Assembly: GCA_965203315.1 (NCBI GenBank)
Contig: OZ241857.1
Span: forward strand, 1,280,001 to 1,344,000
Reading direction: 5' to 3'
From: Nitrosopumilus sp.
Lineage (GTDB): Archaea > Thermoproteota > Nitrososphaeria > Nitrososphaerales > Nitrosopumilaceae
Length of the DNA stretch: 64,000 bases
In this document: in pieces, positions 19,111 through 29,731 of the stretch
Position numbering within the stretch: position 1 is the stretch's first letter
How the letters are laid out: every line of letters starts with the position of its first letter
Made by a program: the position numbers and the translations under genes
Notes under the pieces: model-generated
The model's database searches: none
Told to the model about the DNA's origin: nothing
What the model saw: the letters and a program-made list of their open reading frames with translations, nothing else

Positions 19111-19659
19111 ATGCCTGAGACAAAGATGGATATCAACTCACTGTATAATCTAGTTCTACGAGAGACGGAGAGCGACATACTGACAGAGTTGGACTCTGAC
19201 TTTTACCAAGTTCTCGCAGCCTTTATCGGTGATCTACACAAGCAAGAGTATGATGGAGTCGAGAGTAAGATAAAGGACAGGCTGATCGAGATGGCTACAG
19301 AACTAACACGACTGCTTTTAAAATTTCGACTCGAAAAGGCTACATTACAAGGTCAAACTTTGAGTCTACTAGATGAGGAGAAATACATTCTAGATTCACA
19401 TGAGCAACAACTAGAACGAACTGAGAAGATACTCAATGCCACAATACAAGGCAAGTCCAAGTTTCTTGCCATGATCTCAAACAGACATAGAACAAAAAAG
19501 ATGACTGTTAGATTTTTACAAGACGTGGATGAACTAGTAGGAGCTGATCTTGAAAAGTATGGACCATTCAAAGCTCAAGACGTTGCCACGATCCCATACG
19601 AGAACGCACATGCTCTATTTACAAAAGACGCTGCAATAAAGATAAACTGGGAAGACTAG
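19111..19659 (+). CDS. GINS complex subunit (Gins15/51-like)
   Basis: Helical A-domain and B-domain VRFLQDVDELVGADLEKYGPF..DVATIP. Confidence 0.85.
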   Translation: MPETKMDINSLYNLVLRETESDILTELDSDFYQVLAAFIGDLHKQEYDGVESKIKDRLIEMATELTRLLLKFRLEKATLQGQTLSLLDEEKYILDSHEQQLERTEKILNATIQGKSKFLAMISNRHRTKKMTVRFLQDVDELVGADLEKYGPFKAQDVATIPYENAHALFTKDAAIKINWED

Positions 19660-19690
19660 CTAAAAATTATACCACAAATAATCTAGTACA

Positions 19691-19975
19691 ATGAGTCATA
19701 CTGGAGTAGATGTAATCGACTTTCTATTTTACACGATATATCCAGTTGTGGGAATCTTTGTAATCGAAGGCATCAGTAGAATAGTTAAATTTCCTAAATG
19801 GTCAAAACTTTGGGCACAGGCAATTCTATGTATAGGATTTGGTATATACTATTGGTTTATTCTACCGGTACCTCAAAACTTTCCACTAACTGCATTGGTT
19901 CTGTTTGCGCTTGCTATCGCATTGATATATCAAGGACGGCGCGCAAAGATATCGCCTGACAAGAGCCCTTACTAA
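19691..19975 (+). CDS. Small conserved membrane protein
   Basis: Three TM segments. Confidence 0.7.
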   Translation: MSHTGVDVIDFLFYTIYPVVGIFVIEGISRIVKFPKWSKLWAQAILCIGFGIYYWFILPVPQNFPLTALVLFALAIALIYQGRRAKISPDKSPY

Positions 19976-20193
19976 AATCTTCCAAACAATCTCTTAAAGA
20001 TATTTGGCTTGTTACGTCCCCCGTCTCTAATTACTCGCTGTTGCCCAAACCTCTTTGCTCGTATCTGACTCAATTTTACACACCGATGTTCTTCGGGTAG
20101 TCGATGCTCTGCACAGAAAGGATCCTTGCAATAGTTGCATTGAAATGGCAGATCGGTAGTATCACCACAGTAGGCACAGTTTTCAGGTTTCAT
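19972..20193 (-). CDS. AN1-type zinc finger protein
   Basis: CxxC..CxxC...C.EHRLPEEH.C. Confidence 0.85.
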   Translation of the reverse strand: MKPENCAYCGDTTDLPFQCNYCKDPFCAEHRLPEEHRCVKLSQIRAKRFGQQRVIRDGGRNKPNIFKRLFGRF

Positions 20194-20259
20194 GGTGTAT
20201 GATTCGTCTCCACTTTTAATAAAGCTGTATGATAATATCTTTCCCACCCGCGTGGAGGC

Positions 20260-21006
20260 TCAACCCAATTCTTCGTCTGCCCATTTGGGATCTGCTCTAA
20301 TCTCCGCACTAGCTCGTTTTGCCCTAAACGCCATAAGTGGCGTTTCACCATTATCAATGTCTAGAGAAAAGTGCAATCTGGACTCATTATAATAGTCGAC
20401 ATACTCGCTTATGCGATCACAATGTTCAATCTCTGTTTCAAAGGTTCCAAAGAATCTCTTTATTTTGTTGATAGTGCGTGGATAGTTTATCTTTGCAACC
20501 AAATGAACTATACCTAACCTATCCAACTCTTCCTCAAATAATGTGCGGTTTCTGGGCCCCTCTCTTGATCTTTGAAGAGATGTAAACTGAACCCCTTGAT
20601 CGGACAGTATCTGTGCTGGTGCACCAAATCCCTTGATAGCTTCTTCTAGTGCATAAACCGTATTCTCTGATGTTGGATATTGGTACATATCACAGCACGT
20701 AATACATCTAGATGCGTCATCCATGTAACAGATCAACCACAAATCTTCCCATCTAGGATCTTCTATCACATGCCAGTCCACATACCACATGGCATTAGAG
20801 TATCTTCGTTCATGTTGGACCCATTTACGACCTTTTGCATGTAGAGTCACTATTACATGTTCATTATTTTGTAAATTTAATCTATCTGTGCGATATGGTT
20901 CTGTTAGATTGTAGTGGTGGGCATCTAGAAAATTTTTTAAAAAATTAGCATTGATGAGAGTCTGTTGCATATGTCGTAAATTATAACCAAAAGTATACTC
21001 GTGCAA
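20260..21006 (-). pseudogene. IS481-type integrase core lacking the HTH; catalytic Glu replaced by Lys
   Basis: Close to the 47390 transposase from RKW..ERRYSNAMW onward; TINKIKRFF versus TNGKIERFF. Confidence 0.75.
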
Positions 21007-21114
21007 GTTTTGAGTTATCTTTGACTTGAGAATAAAAATATCCTAGTCAAAACTTTCAAGTTTTTCTCCAAACCATTTATCACTCGACAACAGAATCCTC
21101 TAAACATTTTTACA

Positions 21115-21873
21115 ATGCCTAGATTGATGATATTCAAGTTGATTAAAGACAAAGTTGCAATAGTGACAGGAGCCAGTAGTGGTATAGGATATGCCACTGC
21201 ACTTGCACTCTCAAAGGCAGGAGCAAAGGTTGCAGTAGGAGCTAGACGCATAGATCGTCTAACTGCACTAGCTGATGAGGTTGCTCCCAACGAGATACTG
21301 TACCAAAGACTAGATGTGACACAGCGATCCGATTGTGACAACTTTGCAAAGTCAGTATTAGAAAAATGGGGCTCAATTGATATTCTTGTAAATAATGCAG
21401 GATTGATGCCACTCAGCTTTGTTAAAAATCTCAAAGTAGATGAATGGGATAGAATGGTTGATGTAAACATCAAAGGTGTCCTATATTGTACAGCAGCTGT
21501 AATCTCTCACATGAAAGAGAGAAAGTCTGGTCATATTGTAAATATCTCATCCGTTGCAGGACGGATAGTGTTTCCTGCAGGGAGTGTCTATTGTGCTACA
21601 AAACATGCCGTCACTGCATTTAGTGAAGGGTTACGTCAAGAGTTTAGCACCAGATCCAACATTCGAGTTACCACAATAGAACCAGGAGTCGTTGCAACAG
21701 AATTAAATCAATCAATAACAGACGAGTCTCTTGCAGGATTTGTAGAGAACACCAAAAAGATGCAATCACTTCAAGCAGAGGATATTGCAAATGCAATATT
21801 GTTTGCGGTCGATTCTCCACAACACGTCAATGTCAACGAGATTCTAGTCAGACCTACAACCCAAGAGCGTTGA
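21115..21873 (+). CDS. Short-chain dehydrogenase/reductase
   Basis: TGASSGIG, NNAG, YCATK. Confidence 0.93.
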   Translation: MPRLMIFKLIKDKVAIVTGASSGIGYATALALSKAGAKVAVGARRIDRLTALADEVAPNEILYQRLDVTQRSDCDNFAKSVLEKWGSIDILVNNAGLMPLSFVKNLKVDEWDRMVDVNIKGVLYCTAAVISHMKERKSGHIVNISSVAGRIVFPAGSVYCATKHAVTAFSEGLRQEFSTRSNIRVTTIEPGVVATELNQSITDESLAGFVENTKKMQSLQAEDIANAILFAVDSPQHVNVNEILVRPTTQER

Positions 21874-21877
21874 GTCA

Positions 21878-23020
21878 ATGTCGACTCCACACGTTCTAAT
21901 TCTAGGTGGTGGATTTGGAGGTCTTGCAGCTGCAAATGAGATACGTAACTCGTTCTCTGTAGAACAAGTTAGAGTTACAATCGTTGATAAAAAAGACTGG
22001 TTTATGGTTGGATTCACAAAGCTATGGATAATGAATGGAACACGAACCTTTGAAGACTCGACAGTCTCCCTACAAAATCTCATAAAATATGATATCGACT
22101 TTATCCAAGAAGAGGTTGTCTCGATAGATTTTACAACACATAGAGTTCACACTACAGAACAGTCTATTCGTTATGATTTTTTATTGATAGCTATGGGGGC
22201 TACAATGAAACCAGAACTGATCTCAGGACTAGAAGAGAATGGTCTAAATCTATATGATCATAAACATCTACTAGAGATACGCCGACGCATATTGGGGATC
22301 AACTCTGGACAGATCGCAATATGTATAACATCTATGCCATACAAATGTCCACCAGCTCCGTTTGAGGCAAGTCTACTTGTTGCAGCAATGCTTAGAGAAC
22401 GAAACATACGTGACGCGGTAGAGATTCACATCTACTCTCCTGCGCCAATAACTCTTCCTGTGGCAGGAGACGCTCCTAGCGCGCAGTTGTTAGATATGAT
22501 ACATGCTGAAGGAGTGATATTTCATCCATCATCTAAACTACAAATGATCAAACCAAACGAGTTGATCTTTGAGAATAAATCTGCCAACTTTGATCTTCTC
22601 CTAGCTGTTCCACCACATACTGCACCAAAAGTCATACATGAATGTGGTCTAGCAGGTGATCTAGGATTTATCAAGATCGATCGTGACTGCAAGACTGCAC
22701 ACGAGAATGTCTTTGCGGTAGGTGATGTAACGACCATGACAGCCATAGACTCGATCGCAGTTCCCAAGGCTGGTGTCTTTGCAGAGGGGCAAGGGCTAGT
22801 GGTAGCAAAGAACATCATATCTAGCATAAGATCACAAAATACCTCTCAAGTCTTCGACGGACGAGGAGGGTGCTTTATCGAGTCTGGGCGAGATACTGCA
22901 GCTGTTGTCCAAGTAGACATGTTTGCAGACAAACCAAAAACCGAGATAACCGAATCCACAAAATCGAATCTAGAGAAAAAGATCGAGTTTGAACTAGAGA
23001 GATTAAAATGGTTAAGATGA
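21878..23020 (+). CDS. FAD-dependent oxidoreductase, sulfide:quinone reductase-like
   Basis: GGGFGG, KCPPAPFE, FAVGD, PKAGVFA, distal GCF. Confidence 0.85.
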   Translation: MSTPHVLILGGGFGGLAAANEIRNSFSVEQVRVTIVDKKDWFMVGFTKLWIMNGTRTFEDSTVSLQNLIKYDIDFIQEEVVSIDFTTHRVHTTEQSIRYDFLLIAMGATMKPELISGLEENGLNLYDHKHLLEIRRRILGINSGQIAICITSMPYKCPPAPFEASLLVAAMLRERNIRDAVEIHIYSPAPITLPVAGDAPSAQLLDMIHAEGVIFHPSSKLQMIKPNELIFENKSANFDLLLAVPPHTAPKVIHECGLAGDLGFIKIDRDCKTAHENVFAVGDVTTMTAIDSIAVPKAGVFAEGQGLVVAKNIISSIRSQNTSQVFDGRGGCFIESGRDTAAVVQVDMFADKPKTEITESTKSNLEKKIEFELERLKWLR

Positions 23021-23215
23021 GTCTTTCTCTCTTACCAGATGCTCCAAGACCGCCTTGATCGTTACATCGAGATCAGAGTCTTTAGCAATATCGAGTTTCT
23101 CAGGTAGACTCAACTTTGTATCGATATCTTCAAACTCTATCCTTCGTCTCTGTATACAATCAATATGATCTTGGTCCGTACCTGATACTCTATTACATAT
23201 GCTACAAACTTTCAT
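23012..23215 (-). CDS. Small hypothetical protein (CxxC..H..C)
   Basis: ORF with possible Zn ligands. Confidence 0.6.
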   Translation of the reverse strand: MKVCSICNRVSGTDQDHIDCIQRRRIEFEDIDTKLSLPEKLDIAKDSDLDVTIKAVLEHLVREKDSS

Positions 23216-23270
23216 CTAGTTATCACAAAACACTACGGTTTAATAATTTCATTCAATAGTAAATCCTTTA

Positions 23271-23344
23271 GGGATTGTCGTCTAGCTTGGTATGATACTA
23301 GTCTGGGGGGCTAGTGGTCGCAGGTTCAAATCCTGCCAATCCCA
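23271..23344 (+). tRNA. tRNA-Pro(GGG)
   Basis: Acceptor GGGATTG/CAATCCC; anticodon arm CTAGT-CTGGGGG-GCTAG; T-arm GCAGG-TTCAAAT-CCTGC. Confidence 0.93.
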
Positions 23345-24121
23345 CTATAACTTTAAAGTCTTCAAGAGATGCGAAAAATTGGTCCGAGTTGGTTGCTGCT
23401 TGTATATCTTGAGCGCAGTAATAATATTTGATTTGGGAGGTAATGTATAGATTCGTTGCACCCTCTTTGATATGTTCGATCCTATGAATATCGCTTGTGT
23501 AGCTGATGTGATGTTTGATGGCTTACGTTTTGTACTGGCACTCTCGAAATCGATCAATGCTGTATTGTTACCGACCAGTACGTGTTTGGATATGTTACTC
23601 AACTCACCATGATCAATACCTGCCTGATCCAGTACATAACAGTCATTGAGTACCTTTCGAATTACATCCTTTAACCTCTTTACACTTCCTGTACCCTGAA
23701 TATCTCTGATCCACTTACTGATCTTTATTCCATCTATGTACTCCATCACAACAAAGTTTGTACTCGCAGCAAACAACTTTGGTCCCACTCTTGACTCGTT
23801 TACCAATTTGAGGATCGTAGCTTCATGTTCTAATCCTTCTCGTGGTGAGTCTGTCCTCCGTATCTTGAGAGCTGCTATCTTGCCATTTAGTCGTGCTAGT
23901 ACAACAACACCGACATACCCTTTTCCAAGTATAGGTATATTTCCAATCAATGTCGGTCCTGTAAATGCTATCGAATTTACACCCAACTTTTGCAACTCGG
24001 TAATCCTTGATCGGAGTTGATGTTTCGTAGCTCTCGGATATCCAAGAATGTTCGAGTATGGTGGTTCAATCAGATCTGCTATCGCGATAAAAGATATGTT
24101 CATCAGTTGAGATGATCTCAC
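23345..24121 (-). CDS. RIO-like Ser/Thr protein kinase
   Basis: LGKGYVGVV, ALKIRR, HGELS, IDFES. Confidence 0.85.
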   Translation of the reverse strand: MRSSQLMNISFIAIADLIEPPYSNILGYPRATKHQLRSRITELQKLGVNSIAFTGPTLIGNIPILGKGYVGVVVLARLNGKIAALKIRRTDSPREGLEHEATILKLVNESRVGPKLFAASTNFVVMEYIDGIKISKWIRDIQGTGSVKRLKDVIRKVLNDCYVLDQAGIDHGELSNISKHVLVGNNTALIDFESASTKRKPSNITSATQAIFIGSNISKRVQRIYTLPPKSNIITALKIYKQQPTRTNFSHLLKTLKL

Positions 24122-25388
24122 TTATTGCCTCTTTAATTGATTTATCCACTTTTGGCTCACCCATAAATATATCAAATCCACGCTTAAAGTCTCTCTGGAG
24201 ACCATTGGGTATTCCTCTCTTGAGATTATTTCGTAAAAAGTCTCTCATAAACAGATCTGGTCTGGTGAATCGCCGCCTCTTTAATGACATTATGTTACCA
24301 TCTTCTCCTACCCATACCATCTCACTAGATCGATTCTTTTCTACAAATGTCTTTGAACTCTTTATTCTAAAAAAGTCTGGTCCACGTTTTGTAAAGATAT
24401 CAGAGATCTCTGTACTCTCTAGTAGAAAGAACACAAACAACTCATCATTACTCACAAATGATCCACTACGTATAACATTAAATCCTGCTAACCCTAGTTG
24501 TCTTACAAGTGACGTACAGGCACGCTTGGTCTGTGCCCAAACAACATCGGGACTACGACTCTTGTATCTGGTCTTGACTGTAAGGACGTTCTTCCAGTAT
24601 CTCTTACTAGTACGTATCTTTGATCGAAACATTGATATCTTGGGGTTGGTCCTATATGCCCTACACGCCAACACAAACTTGGCAATATTTTTTAGTGATA
24701 TTGCGGCTGCCAAATTTCGATTCTCATCTATAGGATCTATTATCACTATTGGTGTATCAAATTTTTTACCGGGACTACCAATTACTAACGTATCGTTGAT
24801 CTCTGATATTGCTCGTGCAACCTTTGTAAACGTATGATAATGATAGATCAGTACCTCTGTCACATAGCCACCAAAACCCTGTCTTGCAATCTCTGCGCCA
24901 TAGATATCATTTACTTTAAGAAATTTTTTGAGGACTCGGACTTCGTCACGCATCTTTGGAGTAAGTGACTCTTTCATAAACTTTGTATGATGTATAGAAC
25001 GATCAGCAGAGCTCTGCCATTTGCCAATACCTACATCATAACAAGGAACTACGTTTATCTCTGTACCACGGATATCCGCTTTAACATATGGATGCTCTGA
25101 GTAACTCGTATTTGGTGAATACTCTTTCAATGCTGTGAAACCAATCTCTAATACGACATCTTCCATCTCATCTGATCTAGTAGTGGTTTTGAATTTAACA
25201 AAGATATCGACATCTGCATTATCCAACCATGTTCCTTTTGCGAGTGATCCACCAATCTCTATACCAACGATTTGAGGATACTTGCCAATCAGATCATTGA
25301 CTAGATTGTATGCAACGTCTGCAATCTCTCTTTTTATTGTTATAGTCTTTGCTGATGGCTTGACAGCCTTTCTAATCTCTGTTATCAT
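24066..25388 (-). CDS. cca: CCA-adding tRNA nucleotidyltransferase (class I)
   Basis: GGSLAKGTWL..ADVDIF, EHPY, IDPID.NRN. Confidence 0.93.
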   Translation of the reverse strand: MITEIRKAVKPSAKTITIKREIADVAYNLVNDLIGKYPQIVGIEIGGSLAKGTWLDNADVDIFVKFKTTTRSDEMEDVVLEIGFTALKEYSPNTSYSEHPYVKADIRGTEINVVPCYDVGIGKWQSSADRSIHHTKFMKESLTPKMRDEVRVLKKFLKVNDIYGAEIARQGFGGYVTEVLIYHYHTFTKVARAISEINDTLVIGSPGKKFDTPIVIIDPIDENRNLAAAISLKNIAKFVLACRAYRTNPKISMFRSKIRTSKRYWKNVLTVKTRYKSRSPDVVWAQTKRACTSLVRQLGLAGFNVIRSGSFVSNDELFVFFLLESTEISDIFTKRGPDFFRIKSSKTFVEKNRSSEMVWVGEDGNIMSLKRRRFTRPDLFMRDFLRNNLKRGIPNGLQRDFKRGFDIFMGEPKVDKSIKEAISEIISTDEHIFYRDSRSD

Positions 25389-25924
25389 GTTGCGACAACC
25401 TCGTGGAGATCTAGATATCCTGATACTTTTGGTACAAAACTCTCTTTGAGTTTTATACTATTGACATGTTGTACTCCAAAGTCTTTGGTCTTGTACGGTT
25501 CCAACTCTCTGATCATATTTGATGTACTATTTTTAATTCTAAATACTGTAACGTGTGGCACAAACTCTTCCGGCACAAACTCTTCACGGATCAGCCCAAG
25601 TGGTTTTAAAGCATTGTGTATCTTACCTGCTAGCTCTGATACTCTCTTTTGTCCCTGATCATCAGTGCCAATCCAAATGACGCTTGGTCTCTTTCTAGAA
25701 AAGACACACATTCCGACCAATCTCATATCAAATCTAGAAAATTCTAGATCTGCTAAAACATCTACCAATCTCTTTGTGATATCTCTGTTGATATTACCTA
25801 GAAAACATAGTGTAAGATGAATCTTTGTTAGGTCTGTGGCTCTCGCATTAATCTTTGATTGAATAGCATGTATAGATTCAATTATATCAAGATCTGTGAT
25901 ATCTATACCAACAAATACACTCAT
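25385..25924 (-). CDS. thpR: RNA 2',3'-cyclic phosphodiesterase (2'-5' RNA ligase)
   Basis: Two HxT motifs, HLTL and HVTV. Confidence 0.9.
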   Translation of the reverse strand: MSVFVGIDITDLDIIESIHAIQSKINARATDLTKIHLTLCFLGNINRDITKRLVDVLADLEFSRFDMRLVGMCVFSRKRPSVIWIGTDDQGQKRVSELAGKIHNALKPLGLIREEFVPEEFVPHVTVFRIKNSTSNMIRELEPYKTKDFGVQHVNSIKLKESFVPKVSGYLDLHEVVAT

Positions 25925-26121
25925 ACTTGTATCTCATTCATATGTTATTAAAAGTCTCGATTACTCTCTAACTTTTCGTGTAATGTATAGATGAATCTAA
26001 AACATTTATCAAAAGTAGCCAACCATAAATACGATAATTATATAATGGAGGACAGAAAAAAGTTTACACCAGTCTCCATGATTTCCTATTACATCTAGTA
26101 TTTTACCTCCATCAACTATAT

Positions 26122-28176
26122 TCATGTCTCTAATACACTTGGATCTTCAAAACGTTCATCATACAACGTATCTGGATATGGATTTGGAACCTTTACTGTC
26201 AATGGTTTTAGAGGAGCTTGTCCATTGAAATCCAAACCAGTATCTATACAAAATAAAGCCCGTCTAACTCTCTCATTCAATGGTATGTCTGCAAAACCGT
26301 ATCGCTTATTCATGAATTTTGTCATCTGAGGTGTAAGTCCTGTATACTTACCAGATGGACTAATGGTACATTCAAGTGTATCTGCTTTGTAATACATCTC
26401 TCCATATCTAATCTCCATCTCTGGAGTCATATCAGAGTCTCGTAATATTGGTAGTACGTAATTAATATTATCTGCTAACAATCTACGCATTTTTTGACCA
26501 GTAATTCTACTAGTTCCAATATCCATCGCTGATATACCGTAGATAGTTTTGTATGTTATGCTTGGGAATCCACAAAACATATTCACACGATCTTCTTTAA
26601 AACCCCAAACACGTCTTCCGATTTCAGATTCTGATCGATCTTGATCCGAGTCTGATATGCTTTGTAAAACATCGATCAAATTATCATCTTGAACATACCA
26701 CATCCTGCGCTCTCTATCATGCCAACAATTGTTGTAGATGTCTTTCTGTTCTATATGATCTGGTGTTGTAAAGTATGCAATTGTTGTACGGTTTATGTCC
26801 CTATCTTTTAATCTATTTTTTAGGTAACAATGTCCCAAATAACTATCAACAAGAGGTGTGTGCCCTTGATGAGTGTCTAATCTTCTCAAAAGATAATTGA
26901 TCCACTCATCATCATACTCGTCTGTAAAATCTTGTAAAAGATTATTCTTACACCACATTCTGTACATTACAACGACACGTTTGTCATAATATCGTAGTGA
27001 CTCAGCTCTCATCTTGTTAACATTTCTTATAGAATCTATCACCTCTGGACTCTTGTCTTTCATGTTTTGCATCTTGGATTCCATGCTTCGATCTTTTGGA
27101 TCATCTACAATACGTTTAATGGAAAGTCCTGAACCATCGTTGGCCCATTTGTCTGCTATCTCCATACTGAGATATCCGTATCTTACAGCGAATATACGTC
27201 GTTGCAGTTCTTCATCGGTCATGTTATCTAACCACTGATACCTATATCCCTGTAACCTACATGCCAAGTATAATTTTTTTTCTGCATCGGTAAATTCAGG
27301 AGATGGATGTCCGTGATGAAGTCTTGAAAGACATAAAAGATAATAATCTAGATCTTCATCGTTACCTAGAGCAAGGTTATATGTCTCCTTAAAACTTGTT
27401 GAAGAAAAATATATGTCCAAACCAAAGAATTTGTCGTCTGGTTCAAGCTCTGCAAATTCATCTCTAATTGCCACAATTGCAAATTCTTGATCACTAAAGT
27501 TTGATAGAATTAGATCAGAAGAGAATATAGGAGCATCAAGAGCCGATACATTATACTCCCAAATTATTCTAATTGTATTTTCATCAAGAAATTCACTGTA
27601 TAACAATTGATCAAAACTCATATCCATAGATATTCCAGCATCTGTCTCGTGAACAATTCTTATGTTTGTGACGTACAGCAAACCGATATCGTTATTCAGC
27701 TGTACATCTTCAAATACTTCTCTGACACGTTCATGTGGTTTGATATATACAAAGCCGTTAATATTATGTTGTATTATTTCTAGATTGATTAATTCACGCA
27801 TAATTTTATCGCATAAATCTAATGATGTAAACTTGTAAGCATCGGTTAATTCGTATGTTACATTATCAAGCTTTAACGGATTAGATTCTTTTGTTCTATA
27901 ATATATGCGGATACCTCTACCTTTCGTTGGAGTAATACCTATAATTTGTTCAATTGATGTTGTAAATATGACTCTTTTAGAGTTGTAAACTTTGATCCTT
28001 TTATTGGTAACTTCTAATCTGCCGTTTGCTAACGGAATATTCATAATTTTAATTTCAGTACCGTCTCTTTCCATAACAAAATCATACAATAGTGTAATTT
28101 TAATACATCGTGTCAGATCGTTGACCCTTACACTACTAATTGGGTTATTGAAATTAGTTGCATAGCGTTCTAACAT
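26122..28176 (-). CDS. 684-aa orphan with two N-terminal PH/GRAM-like segments
   Basis: GRLEVTNKRI and GLLYVTNIRI, each followed by a beta-rich run; AT-rich; start uncertain. Confidence 0.6.
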   Translation of the reverse strand: MLERYATNFNNPISSVRVNDLTRCIKITLLYDFVMERDGTEIKIMNIPLANGRLEVTNKRIKVYNSKRVIFTTSIEQIIGITPTKGRGIRIYYRTKESNPLKLDNVTYELTDAYKFTSLDLCDKIMRELINLEIIQHNINGFVYIKPHERVREVFEDVQLNNDIGLLYVTNIRIVHETDAGISMDMSFDQLLYSEFLDENTIRIIWEYNVSALDAPIFSSDLILSNFSDQEFAIVAIRDEFAELEPDDKFFGLDIYFSSTSFKETYNLALGNDEDLDYYLLCLSRLHHGHPSPEFTDAEKKLYLACRLQGYRYQWLDNMTDEELQRRIFAVRYGYLSMEIADKWANDGSGLSIKRIVDDPKDRSMESKMQNMKDKSPEVIDSIRNVNKMRAESLRYYDKRVVVMYRMWCKNNLLQDFTDEYDDEWINYLLRRLDTHQGHTPLVDSYLGHCYLKNRLKDRDINRTTIAYFTTPDHIEQKDIYNNCWHDRERRMWYVQDDNLIDVLQSISDSDQDRSESEIGRRVWGFKEDRVNMFCGFPSITYKTIYGISAMDIGTSRITGQKMRRLLADNINYVLPILRDSDMTPEMEIRYGEMYYKADTLECTISPSGKYTGLTPQMTKFMNKRYGFADIPLNERVRRALFCIDTGLDFNGQAPLKPLTVKVPNPYPDTLYDERFEDPSVLET

Positions 28177-28393
28177 GATATCAGATCGTTGAACATCGTT
28201 GTCTCGATATCATAACACAAATGTGTCCTCAACCACCTCACTCTTCTCAGATGTAGTATATTGACACTACAGAGTAATATCATCTCAACACGTCCTAGGT
28301 ATGATATCTAAAAACAGCTAGATGTACACCATGTACACCTTGTAATCTGACAAGTACACGTTAGATTCATAGAGATGATCCAACAAACCATAC

Positions 28394-28948
28394 ATGTTGG
28401 TAAAACTGATCGTGTGCCTTACTGGAATGCCTGGTGCAGGCAAGTCTACTATCGCTTGTGGATTAGCCGAACAACATGACTATCAAGTCATCAATATGGG
28501 TGATGCCGTAAGAGCAGAGGCAAAACGTAGAGATATCGAGCCAACTAGAACAAATCTAGGTAGATTGATGTTGGAGCTACGAGAGAGGGACGGACCGGGA
28601 GCAATAGTCGAATTGATTCGTGATGATATTATATCCTCACAATCTGATGTGATCATAATAGATGGTATTCGTTCTAATGATGAAGTCGAGGCATTACGTA
28701 AAATTGGGCTAGTAAAACTCTTGGCAGTACATGCATCTACAGATATTAGATTCGGTTTTCTAAAAGAGCGAGGAAGATCAGATGATCCACAAACCAAGGA
28801 ACACTTTACTGAACGAGACGATCGTGAGTTAAGAGTTGGGATCAGTACTAGTATTGCACTATCAGATGATACAATATCAAACACCAATTCGACAAAACAA
28901 GATCTGATATCTACTGCATATTCTATAATCAAAGGTTGGATGAGATGA
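28394..28948 (+). CDS. Dephospho-CoA kinase-like P-loop kinase
   Basis: GMPGAGKS, MGDAVR, IDGIRS, RGRSDD. Confidence 0.85.
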   Translation: MLVKLIVCLTGMPGAGKSTIACGLAEQHDYQVINMGDAVRAEAKRRDIEPTRTNLGRLMLELRERDGPGAIVELIRDDIISSQSDVIIIDGIRSNDEVEALRKIGLVKLLAVHASTDIRFGFLKERGRSDDPQTKEHFTERDDRELRVGISTSIALSDDTISNTNSTKQDLISTAYSIIKGWMR

Positions 28949-29337
28949 TCCCTGATATACAATGCGAGATCAAAGTTGTAGCTCCATTATATCCATCAGA
29001 AGATCCTACAAAGGTTGCTGATGCGATCCAGAGAATATTTGTAAATGTTGACACGGTATCAAACAACTCTTCTATATCTGCCAGATCTACAGATCTTGCT
29101 GTCTTGAGTACCATATTTGATGCAATTCACGCAAAGAGATCTCAACGAGTTTATATGAAGAATCTAAAAAGGAATCTACACGATAATACTACGTGGTTTT
29201 ATCTAAACAAACAAGCCGCCTTTGTAGGCAAGACTGTGATATGTGCCGAGTCTGACGAGTCTCCACTAGGTCCAATCAAGGTATCTATTAGTTCTCCTGA
29301 TATAGATGATATAGTAGAGTGGTTGGTATCTAGCTAA
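28936..29337 (+). CDS. DUF54/UPF0201 putative RNA-binding protein
   Basis: PSEDPTKV, LNKQAAFVG, SPLGPI. Confidence 0.85.
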   Translation: MDEMIPDIQCEIKVVAPLYPSEDPTKVADAIQRIFVNVDTVSNNSSISARSTDLAVLSTIFDAIHAKRSQRVYMKNLKRNLHDNTTWFYLNKQAAFVGKTVICAESDESPLGPIKVSISSPDIDDIVEWLVSS

Positions 29338-29406
29338 CAAAATTCATTCAATTTACAATCTTTTTTAACCTCGAGTTTCAAATCTATCTCTCTCCAAGTC
29401 TAAAAT

Positions 29407-29730
29407 ATGTTGATAAAACTGGGCATAATTGCTGGCGTTGTAATTCTTGGTACGATGATAGTTCTCAATGAGACTAGTCTCTTTCCACAAGCATCAACTC
29501 AATTACACAATACGCTAGATGACACAAAAAATGCAACTCTAACTGCAACTGATGCTCTAGAGTATGCCATCAATGATACTGTATCAAATGTGATGAATGC
29601 ATCTACGAAGGTAGGTCACCAAATCACAGACGAGATCGGTCATGTTACTGAACAGTCCAAGAGTACTATTGAGTCAAGTATAGAGGACTTTAATCCACTC
29701 GAGTCTGTTCAAGACGTATTTGATCCATGA
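29407..29730 (+). CDS. Hypothetical membrane-anchored helical protein
   Basis: N-terminal hydrophobic segment. Confidence 0.6.
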   Translation: MLIKLGIIAGVVILGTMIVLNETSLFPQASTQLHNTLDDTKNATLTATDALEYAINDTVSNVMNASTKVGHQITDEIGHVTEQSKSTIESSIEDFNPLESVQDVFDP

Positions 29731-29731
29731 G

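Noticed and set aside
23271-23344. tRNA-Pro as an integration site
   Set aside because: No duplicated tRNA 3' end or tyrosine integrase nearby; flanked by core genes
25557-25586. 15-bp tandem duplication in thpR (EEFVP-EEFVP)
   Set aside because: In-frame slippage with the HxT motif intact; no sign of wider significance
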